The position numbers were made by a program, and so were the translations under genes. The notes under the pieces are model-generated. The model was not told the DNA's origin and made no database searches. It worked only from the letters and a program-made list of their open reading frames with translations. This document shows positions 40,700 through 53,125 of a DNA stretch of 64,000 nt, one piece after another. The stretch comes from Chiloscyllium plagiosum (Eukaryota), in the NCBI RefSeq assembly GCF_004010195.1, contig NC_057717.1, positions 107,033,474 through 107,097,473 on the forward strand, in the 5' to 3' direction. Positions within the stretch are counted from its first letter, which is position 1; each line of letters opens with the position of its first letter.

Positions 40700-41730
40700 T
40701 AGAAACATAGAAAATAGGAGCAGTAGATCATTTGACCCTTTGAGATTGCTCCACTATTCAATATGATCTGACTCAGTCCCCGGTTCAGGCTATCTCCCCA
40801 TACCCTTTGATCTCTTTAGCCCTAAGAACTGCTTCTGGAAAGAGTCAACGTTTTGGTCTACTTTCTGTGGTATCAAACTTCAAATTCAGCACTCTCTAGG
40901 TGAAGACCTTGCTCCTAATGTCAGTCCTTAGTAATTTACCTCTATCCTAAGACTGTACCCCTGGCTCTTGAATCCCTGGTCATCAGGATCATCCTTGCTG
41001 CATTTTGTTTCCATTCTGTTTCGTCCTGTTAGAGTTTTATAGGTTTCAATAACATCTACCCCTCATTGTTCTAAATCTAGTGAAAATAGTCCTAAATTAT
41101 GCAGCCTCTCCTCACATGTCAGTCCTGCCATCCTAGGACTCAATGTGGTAAATCTCCATTGCACTTCCTCCCATGCCAGAACATCCTTCCTCAGTTAGTG
41201 AGACCAAAACTGCATATGATACTCTGGGTGCTGCCTCACCGAAGCCCTCTTTAATTGCAGCAAGGCATCTCTTCTTCTATACTCATCCTCTTGCTTTCAA
41301 GACCAACATACCAAAGGTGTTTTCTTCACCACCTGCTGCAGCTGCGTAATTACTTTCAGCGACTGGTGTACAAGGACAGCCAGTTGCACCTACTCCTTTC
41401 CCAATCATTTGCCATTTAGATAATAATCGGCCTTTCCATTCTTGTCACCATGGTAGGTAAGCACATATGTATCCACATTACATTTTAACTGCCGTGCATT
41501 TGCCCACTCACTCAACTTGTCCATATCACACTAAAACACACTGTGCCAACCTCAGAGCTCACCCTCCCACCCAGCTGTGTGTCTTCTGCAAACTTGGAGA
41601 TGTTACATTTAATTCCATCAGCTAAATCACTAATATATATTTTTATAGCTGGTCCAAGCTATGATCTCTCTGGTACCGTACTGCTCACTAGCTGCCACTT
41701 GGAAAAATACCTGTTTATTTTTACCCTTTG
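40700..41730 (-). mobile_element. Decayed CR1 3' half
   Basis: Tail agaaacatagaaaataggagcag and RT remnants (tctgcaaacttggag). Confidence 0.7.
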
Positions 41731-42327
41731 GCAATCTCTCAATTCTTGCTGTTTCCTAGGTAACTACAATTAAACTTGAAGAGTTGGTGGCGTGCAATCA
41801 CGTGATAGGGGAAGGCTTTTAGTGGTTAAACCTGTCGTCAGCCAATAATGTAACACTTATGGGTTTGGTATTAATGAGCTTCCTGGACAAACAGGGAGTT
41901 AGACAGGAGGTGAAAAAGCAGGACCCCAATGGTAGAAATCTCTGGATTACTTCTGGTGTCTTGTGCTAATGAGAGTAGGAATAGGAGGACAAGGCAGATG
42001 AATGCGTGGCTGAGGAGTTGGGGACAGGGATTCAGATATTTGGAGCTTTGGGATTTCTTCTGGGGCAGAGTTGATCTGTACAGAAAGCGACAAGTTGCGC
42101 CTGAACTGGAAGGGAACCAATATGCTGGTGAGGAGATTTGCTGAGCTACTCGGGAGGGTTAAAACTGGTCTGTCAGGGGGATGGGATCCTAAGAGGTAGT
42201 GAGACAAGAGAGGAAGTTGAAGCTAGTGCAGAAGTTATTGAGCACCAGTTAAAGAGATTCAGCGGGCAAGAGTATGGCAGGGAACAAGGGAAAACTGATC
42301 AATTAGACAGCATTAATTTCAATGCTT

Positions 42328-44279
42328 AGAGTCATAGAGATGTACAGCATGGAAACAGATCATTTGATCCAACTCATCCATGCCAACCGGATATCCTAAC
42401 CTAATCTAGTCCCATTTGACAGCACTTGGCCCATATCGCCAAACCCTTCCCATTCATATATCCATCCAGATGCCATTTAAATGTTGTAATTGTACCAGAC
42501 TCCATCACTATCTCGGGCAACTCTGCCTGAAAAGGTTGGCCCTTAGGTGCCTTAAGTCTTTCCCCTCTCACTCTAAACCTCTGCCCTCTCGTTCTGAACT
42601 CCCCCAACCCAGGGAAAAAATCTTGTCTATTTACCCTATCCATGCCCCTCATAATTTTATAAACCTCTATAAGGTTACCCCTCAGCGTTTGACACTTCAG
42701 GAAACACAGCCCCAGCCTATTCAGCCTCCCCCTATAGCTCAAATCCTCCAACTCTGGTAACAGCCTTGTAAATCTTTTCTGAACCCTTTCACATTTCACA
42801 ATATCTTTCTGATAGGAAGGAGACCAGAATTGCACACAATATTCCAAAAGTGGCCCAAACAATGTGCTGAACAGCTGCAACATGACCTCCCAACTCCTGT
42901 ACTCAATACTCTAACCAATAAAGGTAAGCATACCAAACGCCTTCTTCACTATCCTATCTACCTGCGACTCCACTTTCAAGGAGCTATGAACCTGCACTCC
43001 AAGGTGTCTTTGTTCAGCAAGACTCCCCAGAACCTTTCCATTAAGTGTGCAAGTCCTGCTGTGATTTGCCTTTACAAAATGCAACACCTCACATTTATCT
43101 AAATTAAACTCCATCTGTCACTCCTCGGCCCATTGGCCCATCTGATCAAGATCCCATTGTAATCTGAGGTAACCTTCTTCGCTGTCCATTATACCTCTAA
43201 TTTTGGTGTTATCTGCGATCTTACTATATACCTCCTATGTTCACATCTAATTCGTTTATATAAATGATGAAAAGCAGTGGACCCAGCACTGATCCTTGTG
43301 GCACACCACTGGTCACAGGCCTCCAGTATGAAAAACAACCCTCCAACACCACCCTTTGTCCTTTACCTTCAAGCCAGTTCTGTATCCAAATGGTAAATTC
43401 TCCTTGTAATTCTTATGATCCAACCTTGCTAACTAGTTCTGGATATAGGTTTGCTCACTGAGCTGGAAGGTTCATTTCCGGACTTTTTGTCACCCACAGG
43501 ACCCACTGAAGATGTTATCTAGTATAGTGACGAAATGTCTGGAAATGAACCTTCCAGCTCAGCAAGCAAACCTACATCCACAACCTCAACCTGGTCTACA
43601 AATCTTTTCAAAACTCGCTTGCTAACAAGTCTATCATGTGGAACCTTGTTGAATGCCTTACTGAAGTCCATATACATCATATCCACCACTCTGCCCTCAT
43701 CAATCCAATTTGTTGCTTCTTCAAAAAATTCAAACAAGTTAGTGAGACATGATTTCCTACTCACAAAGCCAGGTTGACTATCCCTAACCAGTGCTTGTGT
43801 TTCCAAATACATTACTTCCTGTCCCTCAGGATTCCCTCCAACAACTTGCCCAACACCAATGTCAGGCTCACTGGTCTATAGTTCGTTGGCTTTTCCTTAC
43901 CACCTTTCTTAAATAGTGGCACCATGTTAGCCAACCTCCAGTCTACCGGCACCTCACCTGTGACTATCAATGATACAAATATCTCAGCATGAGGCTCAGC
44001 AATCACTTCCCTAGCTTCCCACAGAGTTCTAAGGTACACCTTTTCAGCCCGTGGGGAGTTGTCCACCTTTATGCGTTTCAAGACATCCAACATCTAATCC
44101 TCTGTAATGTGGACATCTTCCAAGATGTCCCCATCTATTTTCCTACAGTCTATATCTTTCATGGCCTTCTCCACAGTAAACACTGACACAAAATACTCGT
44201 TTGGTTTCTCCCCCCATCTCCTGCGGCTCCACATACAGGCTAAATTGCTGATCTTTGAGGTGTCCTATTCTTTCCTTAG
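42328..44279 (-). mobile_element. CR1 LINE ORF2 and 3' end with a PLE pLTR insertion (43438-43617); truncated at the LTR
   Basis: NYRPVSLT, MDFSKAFNKVPH and LEYCVQFWSP motifs; imperfect 13-bp TSD CTTGCTAAC(T/A)AGT. Confidence 0.92.
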
Positions 44280-46215
44280 TGTTATGAAGATGTGGGTGTA
44301 CTGTAGCTTTAAGACAGTTAAAAGCTAGCAAAAACTATCCGACAGCACCAAATGTTCTGAACAAAGATACAATATAACATGTGCTCCAGCTACTGGGGTA
44401 GCTAGGGTAGCTGGTTTCCTGGAAATGACAAAACAGATTTGAATTAGGTCAATCAGTTTAAATTATACCCTGAAAAATACCAAACTCCAATCCAGTTTGA
44501 AATTATTACATTGACTATCTTAAAAGCCAATGACACAATCCGATGCTTTGGTGGGGGGGGTGGGTATAAGACTGGGGAAATTGAACAGTTGAGAGGAGAA
44601 CTGCCAAGTTACCAGCATGTAAAGACTATCTGAATTATAGCTCTCTCAAAAGATTTTTTTATCAAAAAGTAACCTGTGAAGCAGAATCCCCAAGAAGAAG
44701 AAAAGACAACAGGAATATAGAGATTAGATTAGATTACTTACAGTGTGGAAACAGGCCCTTCGGCCCAACAAGTCCACACCGACCCGCCGAAGCGCAACCC
44801 ACCCATACCCCTACATTTACCCCTTTAACCTAACACTATGGGGAATTTAGCATGGCCAATTCACCTGACCCGCACATCTTTGTGACTGTGGGAGGAAACT
44901 GGAGCACCCGGAGGAAACCCACGCAGACACGGGGAGAATGTGCAAACTCCACACAGTCAGTCGCCTGAGTCGGGAATTGAACCTGGGTCTCTGGCGCTGT
45001 GAGGCAGCAGTGCTAACCACTGTGCCACCGTGCCGCCCATAGGAAAACCAAAAGCTGCCTGGTTTTGAGATAAGAAGTTTTGTTTTGTAAATTGTAATCG
45101 GGATTCTTATCAGACTAGTATTATAGAAGGGAAGGTAAAAGATAGGTTAGAGAGGAGTTGTAAGTAGTTGTTAGTTAATTATTCTCTGTTTTGCTTTAAG
45201 AAATAAAGTTGTTAATTTTTACTTTAAATAGTTCTTGGCCTCTTTAATTTTCACAGATTACTGCATGGGATAAATCTTTTCTGTGTTTCTGGTTTACAGG
45301 TTGAGGAGAGTTTACCTCGTGTTGTAACAGTTTGGGGGCTCAGGTCCGTGACTTGAACTGTTTTAGACAGATTTGATTAGATTTGGGGGTATGAAAAATT
45401 CCAGCAGATATAAACACTTGCAGGTTAGTGTCCTAGATATTAAAATAACACATAGGTGAGGCAATTTGTTTACTTTCGGTCACTTGCGGCTGAGTCAATT
45501 AAAAATGAGAGAAATGGGTCTTAAAATTGCTAAAGAGGTTCTGGGATTTGAAGATGATTCACAAATTTGCCAAGAAAGTTTAGAAGGAAAGAAAAAGGCC
45601 ATATTTTTAGAATTAGCAAATGCGTTAGATTTGGGCTTCGCCAAGGACAAAAGTAAAGCTGAAATTGTAAGGGAATTACTCAAACACTAAGGTGTATTAG
45701 AGAAGTGCAGTAGAGGTAGAAAAATTTAAATTACAATGGAGGAAAATGGAGTTAAAAAATAAACAAAGACAGAGAAAGAGGAAAGAGAGAGGGAGAGAGA
45801 AAGAGTGAGAGGAGAGAGAGAGAAGGTTCTTCGCTGAGCAAAGAGAGAGAGAGAAGAAGAGGAGAGAGGAGAGAGAGAGGAAAACAAGAGAGAAAGTTTT
45901 TAGCTGAGCAAAAAGAGAGAGAATTTGAACTTGAGAAGTCGTGACTTGGTCAGCAAGGATGGAGATTAAAAGAGAAGGTAGTGGTATATATAAATATGTC
46001 AAAACTCTGTCACATTTTGCTGAGAAAGATGTTGAAGTCTTCTTCATTTCATTTGAAAAATTGGCTCGGCAAATGGAGTAGTCCGAGGATTTATGGGTAA
46101 TGCTAGTTCAGACTAAACTGGTAGGCAGAGCTAGTGAGCTATTTGCTGCACTGTCGGATGAGGTGTCAAGAGATTATGAAAAGGTCAAACAGGCTATTTT
46201 AAGTGCTTATAAATT
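44280..46215 (+). mobile_element. Gypsy (Gmr1-like) LTR retrotransposon 5' remnant: LTR 44280-45329, tRNA-Pro-like primer-binding site (PBS) ~45333-45350, disrupted gag ~45512-46215
   Basis: TGTTATGA...TTGTAACA ends; internal AATAAA; TGGGGGCTC..GTCC after the LTR; gag-like text (coiled coil, FAEKDVEVFFISFEKLA..W..L....L.GRA...DYEKVKQAILSAY) with stops. Confidence 0.8.
44721..45038 (-). mobile_element. Young HE1 V-SINE inserted in the LTR
   Basis: Full head, V-domain and (tctaa)n tail. Confidence 0.93.
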
Positions 46216-46614
46216 GAATTCAGATTCAACTATCTGCCATGGCAGGATTTGAACTCATGTCCCCAGAACATTACCTGGCTCTCTGGGTGAATAGTCTAGC
46301 AATAATGCCATAGGCCATCACCTCCCCCTTAGAGGTAGATCTCAAATTATGGACAAACATTAATCTTACTTGCACTGCAAGTTGTGTTCAATAATGTCAA
46401 GTGACTCCAAGAAGAATGAGAGAGAGAAGACTTTAGTCTCTCAGTTTGGACCACAATCTTTTTCTAGTTTATGGCATTAGACAGTCTGAGAGATGATGAT
46501 CATATGGTTAAGTCTCAATTAAAAACAAATTGATTCACCATCAAGGCCAGCATTTGCTGCCCATCCCTAATTACCCTGGAACTGAGCAGCTTGCTAGGCC
46601 ATTTGAGAGGGCAG

Positions 46615-47055
46615 AAACGTCGATTCTCCTGTTCCTTGGATGCTGCCTGACCTGCTGCGCTTTTCCAGCAACACATTAGAATAGATTAGATTAGATTACT
46701 TTACAGTGTGGAAACAGGCCCTTCGGCCCAACAAGTCCACACCGACCCGCCGAAGCGCAACCCACCCATACCCCTACATTTACCCCTTACCTAACACTAC
46801 GGGCAATTTAGTATGGCCAATTCACCTGACCCTGCACATCTTTGGACTGTGGGAGGAAACCGGAGCACCCGGAGGAAACCCACGCAGACACGGGGAGAAT
46901 GTGCAAACTCCACACAGTCAATCGCCTGAGGTGGGAATTGAACCCGGGTCTCTGGTGCTGTGAGGCAGCAGTGCTAACCACTGTGCCACTGTGCCGCCCA
47001 CTGTGCCACCCACATTTTCAGCTCTGATCTCCAGCATCTGTAGTCCTCACTTTTT
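46615..47055. mobile_element. PLE pLTR fragment containing an HE1 SINE (46678-47010, minus)
   Basis: Outer 16-bp TSD CCATTTGAGAGGGCAG (46599-46614, 47056-47071); inner CACATT duplication around the SINE. Confidence 0.88.
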
Positions 47056-47129
47056 CCATTTGAGAGGGCAGTTAAGTGTCAATCATATTGTTGTAGATTG
47101 CCTGTAATATGTATCCTAGATGTGGAGGT

Positions 47130-48020
47130 GCTGGTGTTGGCCGAGCAGAGGCTGATAGCCAAGTTCAATATCCATGAGGATGGCCTCAACTGGGTTCTGA
47201 GTTCATGTCACACTACAGGTGACCACTTCACTATACATTCTCACACACACACTCACACACGTACACACACACTCTTACACACAGTCACACTCACACAGAC
47301 CCTCTCTCATACACATGTTCTCTCTCAAACACACACTCACACTCACGCACACACATCCTCTCATAGGCATATACTCTGTCATATGCGTGCACACACTCTA
47401 TCAAGCACGCATGCACACACACACACTCTCTCACTCCCTCACACGTGCACACACACACACGCAAGCACACACACACACTCTCTCACTCCCTCACACGTGC
47501 ACACACACACACACGCAAGCACACACACATCTAAAGCTATGGGGTGAATTTGCATTTGCAGATACATTCTATTTAATTCAAAAAGCAGACAATCTGTAGG
47601 CAGCCAGTCTATGTAACATTTTATAAATTCCTACTTTGGAAATAGAATAAGTCTGACTCAAGGTCAGAATATAGACCAACTCTAACCTCACACCTTTAAC
47701 GCATTGTCTGAGCTGAGATGTCACCTTTTATTAAAAAACCTTAAGTTATCTTGGGACTGTGATTTGAAAGAAGTTCTGGGATTTACATATTAATGAATCG
47801 AAACCTACATCCTCATTCTAAGTGATTAAAGACTTAATAGCAAACTAGGTTTGATCAATACATCGCATCAGTTGTGTGACACTTTGATCTTTTACTATAA
47901 ATTCTGTGTCCTATGATCCTACCCCACTAGCTACCTGATGTAGGACCAGCGGTCTGAAAGCTTGTACTTCCAAATAAACCTATTGGACTATAACCTGGTG
48001 TTGTGTGATTTTTAACATGT
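47130..48020 (+). mobile_element. PLE 3' fragment (EQRLIAKF..HEDGLN), (CA)n-rich tract and pLTR
   Basis: GIY-YIG C-terminal GLN motif; ctacctgatgtagg...ctgaaagcttg pLTR of the second family. Confidence 0.7.
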
Positions 48021-48786
48021 ATCCTATTATCAGCAACCAGCACATCAATGAAAACTTTAACAATACAGAGCAAGATGTTACTGATTCAGTTTAGAATATC
48101 ATTCTTTGTGAGTGCAGTAGGGAATGATTAATTTGTCAGGAGAATACATTGTTTTTCATAGACTCTGAAAGGGCTAATGTATAGTAACCACTCCATCTTC
48201 CTACAGAGGGTAGTGTTTCATCAGGAAATTCATTAGAGGCCACTGCAGAGAAGCAACCAATGGGTGGGAAGTATGTCAGTGAACGTGGTTTCAACAGATT
48301 TGGAATCACTCACACCTGGGAAGTCTCACTTGTCTGACCCAGAGGCTGTCCAACCTTTCTGGGCCACTATTCAATTTTTCTCTCACTCAGGGTCCCTGAT
48401 GAGTAAATTTCAGAAAGACAATGTTTTGCACATAGCAAATGTGAATTTTAGGAATTCCAAAGCAATAAAGCAATCATATAAACTCTGTCTCTCTCCTTCC
48501 CCTCATGCACGCTCACTGTCTCTCCTACTCACACTCTTTCCCTAATACACACACCCTTTCCCTCACAAGTATTCTCTCTCTCAAACACATCTTTGTCTCT
48601 CCCTCCCTATTAGTCCCCACACTATGGCCCCACTTCCCATACAGTCACAAACTCTCTCCCATGCTCTGTCTCACTCCAAGACTTGCCTCCTCATTCAATT
48701 CCTCCTGAGCTGTGAGACTTAAACATTTTCAGGTTGTGGACTTTGCATTTTCACTCAGCCATGTCTTACACTGAAGCTGCCGTGGC

Positions 48787-48881
48787 TTATGCCCGAAGAA
48801 GGGCTTATGCCCGAAACGTCGATTCTCCTGTTCCCTGGATGCTGCCTGACCTGCTGCGCTTTTCCAGCAACACATTTTCAG
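48787..48881 (+). mobile_element. Short PLE pLTR insertion
   Basis: 18-bp TSD CACTGAAGCTGCCGTGGC (48769-48786, 48882-48899). Confidence 0.85.
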
Positions 48882-49144
48882 CACTGAAGCTGCCGTGGCA
48901 GGCATGGGTGCCTGCTGAATGTTGCTGCTGCTCCTCATGGTCTCCCCGGCCTGCACTGCTCTCTTGTGCTCCTTCAGGGGACCAGGAACAATGCCACATG
49001 TGGAGACACAATAGTCCATATGGAGTCAATTACTTGGACACTGCCTGCTGCTCATTCAAACACAGGCCGTTTCTTTCATGTATTTGCTGCTGATTGTTTA
49101 CACCTGCATTTCACTGCTGACCCTATTGGCCCTTATATCAGTGG

Positions 49145-50262
49145 GGTTGGAGTATAAGAATGGCAAGTCTTACAGCAACAATATAACGTGTTGGTGAGAC
49201 CATATCAGGAGTACTGTGAGCAGTATTGGTTCCCTTATTTAAGGAAAGTATTATTTCATTGGAGTCAGTTCAGAGAAGATACAGTAGGATGATCCCTGGT
49301 ATGGAGGGACTGTCTTATGAGCAAAGGTGAAACAGGTTGGAACTCTATTCATTGCAGTTTAGAAGAATGAGAGGTGATCTAATTGAAATATAGGGTGTAG
49401 GTTTGCTCGTTGAGCTGTAGGTTTGATATCCAGACGTTTCATTACCTGGCTCGGTAACATAATCAGTAGCGACCTCCAAGTGAAGCAAAGCTGTTGTCTC
49501 CTGCTTTCTATTTATATCTTTCTCCTGGATGGGGTTCCTGGGGTTTGTGGTGATGTCATTTCCTGTTCGTTTTCTGAGGGGTTGATAGATGGCATCTAGA
49601 TCTATGTGTTTGTTTATGGCGTTGTGGTGGGAGTCCCAGGCCTCTAGGAATTCTCTGGCATGCCTTTGCTTAGCCTGTCCCAGGATAGATGTGTTGTCCC
49701 AGTCGAAAAGGTGGCTTTTTTTATCCGTGTGTAGGGCTACGAGGGAGAGGGGGTCGTGTCTTTTTGTGGCTAGCTGGTGTTCGTGTATCCTGATGGCCAA
49801 CTTTCTTCCTGTTTGTCCTACGTAGTGTTTGTGGCAGTCCTTACAAGGAATTTTGTAGATGACGCTGGTTTTGTCCATGGGATGTACTGGGTCTTTTAAG
49901 TTGAAAGATTGAAATATATTGGATTCTTAAGGGGTTTGACAGAATAAATGCTGAGAGGATGTTTCCCCTCAAAGGGACCAAAGGGCATGGTCTCAGAATA
50001 AAGAGTGCCAGTTTAAGAATGACATGAGTAAGAATTTCATCCCTGAGGGTTGAGCGTTTTTGTAATTCCTTGCGACAGAGAGCTGTCAAGAGTCCTTGGG
50101 TATATCTAGAGTGGACAGAGATCCTTGATCGGTCAGACAGTCAAGGGTTATGGGGAAAATGCAGGAATGGAGATGTGAGGAACGTTGGATCAGCCATGAT
50201 CCTATTGATTGGCAGAGCAGGCATGAGGGGCTGAACGACTGACTCCTGTTCCTACTTCTTAT
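49145..50262 (+). mobile_element. CR1 3' fragment hosting the PLE insertion at 49393-49907
   Basis: gtgagaccatatcaggagtactgtg and gaggtgatctaattgaaat motifs; CR1 tail. Confidence 0.75.
49393..49907 (-). mobile_element. PLE (Penelope/Poseidon-type) GIY-YIG endonuclease fragment plus pLTR
   Basis: VIYKIPCKDC..HYVGQTGR.L..RI.EH...H....H.FDW....IL.....R..LE; 11-bp TSD ATTGAAATATA (49382-49392, 49908-49918). Confidence 0.9.
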
Positions 50263-50860
50263 GGTCTGATGGATTGTTTAAGCAGCTGTTGTCCAATCCA
50301 CTCCTTTCTCTGTTGTTCCGAATGTCCTGGACAAGGCCTTGCGAACCACCTGTGGCTCTGGCCACCTGCTGGACCAGCCCTGTCTGAACCAATTGAGTTT
50401 CTATACAACCTGCCAGATTGGCAGCATGGGAAGAGGCATTATATAACATGCTGTGTACCAGGTAATTCATTCTCAAAGAGTAAAGTTCCAGCCATTATCC
50501 CCAGTGACTCGCATGGTAACTGCTGAACCGAATCAAATGCAAATGCAGATATTGGGACTCAGTTCAGTTTGTTCTGGAAGTGGACAAAGCAACTGAGATT
50601 TTCTTATTGCTCCATAAACATTGGCAACATTGTCAACTCACCACCACTTTCCCCAGGGCATTTAGGGGTGGGCAATTAACGCAGGTCTGGGCAGTAACTA
50701 AAGGAGTAACTAAATTTAATAAAACCCCCTGCAGCTTGGACCAATATCAGGTTTGGTAGGGTCATTGTGATCATGGGCATATGTTATCCATCCCTAATTG
50801 CCCTTGAACTGTGGTTACTATTTCAGAGGGCAGTTAAAGGTCAACCAAATTGTTTTGGAG

Positions 50861-51257
50861 CTGAAAATGTGTTGCTGGAAAAGCGCAGCAGGTCAGGCAG
50901 CATCCAGGGAACAGGAGAATCGACGTTTCGGGCATAAGCCCTTCTTCAGGGACTCACTGAAATCTTTGTAGAGGGAGGAAGAGAGCTTCTTCAAGGAAGG
51001 CATCCTTGTAAGAGGATTCGCAGTAGGTTGAAATCTTTGAGGAGAAAGTGAGGTCTGCAGATGCTGGAGATCAGAGCTGAAAATGTGTTGCTGGAAAAGC
51101 GCAGCAGGTCAGGCAGCATCCAGGGAACAGCATGAAGAAGTGCTTATGCCCGAAACGTCGATTCTCCTGTTCCCTGGATGCTGCCTGACCTGCTACGCTT
51201 TTCCAGCAACACATTTTCAGCTCTGATCTCCAGCATCTGCAGACCTCACTTTCTCCT
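50861..51257. mobile_element. PLE insertion with tandem and inverted pLTRs
   Basis: Two minus-strand pLTR copies and one plus-strand copy; imperfect 15-bp TSD CAAATTG(T/C)TTTG(G/T)AG. Confidence 0.85.
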
Positions 51258-51763
51258 CAAATTGCTTTGTAGTCACATGTAGGCCAGACTGGGTAAGGAT
51301 GGCAGATTGCTTTTCTTTTAAAATCAGTGATTTTTAAAAATATAACAATCAATAATGGTTTCATAGTAACTACATCAAACACAAGCTTTAAAATGCAGAT
51401 GTATTGATTGAATTTAAATCCTAGCAGCTGGCATAGTGGAGTGCTGAGCACTATGCATTTCTAGCCTAGTCTCAATTTCACTGTAGTACCATCTCACCAC
51501 CTGATGGGAGACATTGATGCACTGCTTTTCATTCAGTTTCTTTTTCGTTTCAATCTCAACTCACTGCATTGTTTTAAAAAATTCAGTTTCACAGTGTGTG
51601 ATGCCTTTGGATGTTCTTGATAGGATGAGGTGCCAGAGACTGTCTACGGTACTGCGTGCACTCAGCAAGACAAAGCAACTTCAACAAACAGAAAGGAGAA
51701 TAGAAAGACTTGGGGAAAGAAACTGAATTTATATAATGAACTAAACTAATTTAAAAGAAATTA

Positions 51764-52141
51764 GCGGCATGGTGGCACAGTGGGTGGGCAGCACGGTGGC
51801 ACAGTGGGTGGGCAGCACGGTGACACAGTGGTTAGCACTGCTGCCTCGCAGCGTCAGAGACCCGGGTTCAATTCCCGCCTCAGGCGACTGACTGTGTGGA
51901 GTTTGCATGTTCTCCCCGTGTCTGCGTGGGTTTCCTCCGGGTGCTCCGGTTTCTTCCCACAGTCCAAAGATGTGCAGGTCAGGTGAATTAGCCATGCTAA
52001 ATTGCCCGCAGTGTTAGGTAAGGGGTAAATGTAGGGGTATGGGTGGGTTGCGCTTTGGCGGGTCGGTGTGGACTTGTTGGGCCAAAGGGCCTGTTTCCAC
52101 ACTGTCATGTAATCTTATCTAATCTAATCTAATCTTAATCT
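51764..52141 (+). mobile_element. Young HE1 V-SINE with triplicated 5' head
   Basis: Full element with (tctaa)n tail. Confidence 0.93.
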
Positions 52142-53125
52142 AAAAAAAAATGTGAAACATATGTTCTGTTGGGCTTAATGCTGTTAAAAGAGGCACTGAC
52201 AAGAAATTGTGCAATATAAATACTGGATAAATTGGGCTTTAACTACCATCTGGTCTCTTTAGGGTTTAATGCAGTTACCTAACACTGAGGATGTGTTCCC
52301 AGAGTCAGATCAGATCCGCTGCCTGCCTTTTAATTCCATTTACAGATCTATTTTCTCCATTTTGAAGTCAGCAACATATCTCGTGCATCTTATTGCTTAA
52401 ACATTGGAAAGCAAATTTATCGACAGACATGCTGCGGCTGTGGATGCACCTGCCCAGGGAGTACAAAGCACATTATTTTTCTCTCCGTGACTATAATCTG
52501 CTATCAAGTATAATTCATTCACCTGCTGTTCTGTGTCATTACATTTGGTTTGAACCGACTTCATGAAAATACCTTCTGTACGATCTGGGATTTGAACCTT
52601 TAGCTGTATCTAACTGTTGACACTTTGGTGCTGTGTTTTATCAAAGAATACTGTCTGAATTGAATGGATGCCATCATAGTCCCATCTACCAGCTGAAGAA
52701 CCAGTGATAACCCTGCCATACTCCTAATTTTAGGAGTTTAGTTGGTGGTGTGATGTAAGGTGCATGTTGGCATGATACAGCTTATTTTAAGGGATATCTC
52801 GTGTCAATTGGGATTGAATAGAGAGATATTGCATTTCAGATGAGGAAGGGAGGTCTCCAACTTGTGTACAATATGTTTTTGGTTTCGCTCCAGTTCATCT
52901 TTGGACAATGCAGTGGGCAGTCACCCAGTCAATGGATAACTACGAGGAGCTTCTGTTAGAAAACATAAATTTTTCAAACTCCAAATTAAGCGATTTTTAA
53001 TGTTTGTGAATGAGGTGCCAATGAAGTGGGCTGCTCTGTCCTGGATGGTGTCAAATTTCTCGAGTGTTGTTAAGAGCTAAGCATATCCAGGCAAGTGGGG
53101 AGTATTCCATCACATTCCTAACTTG

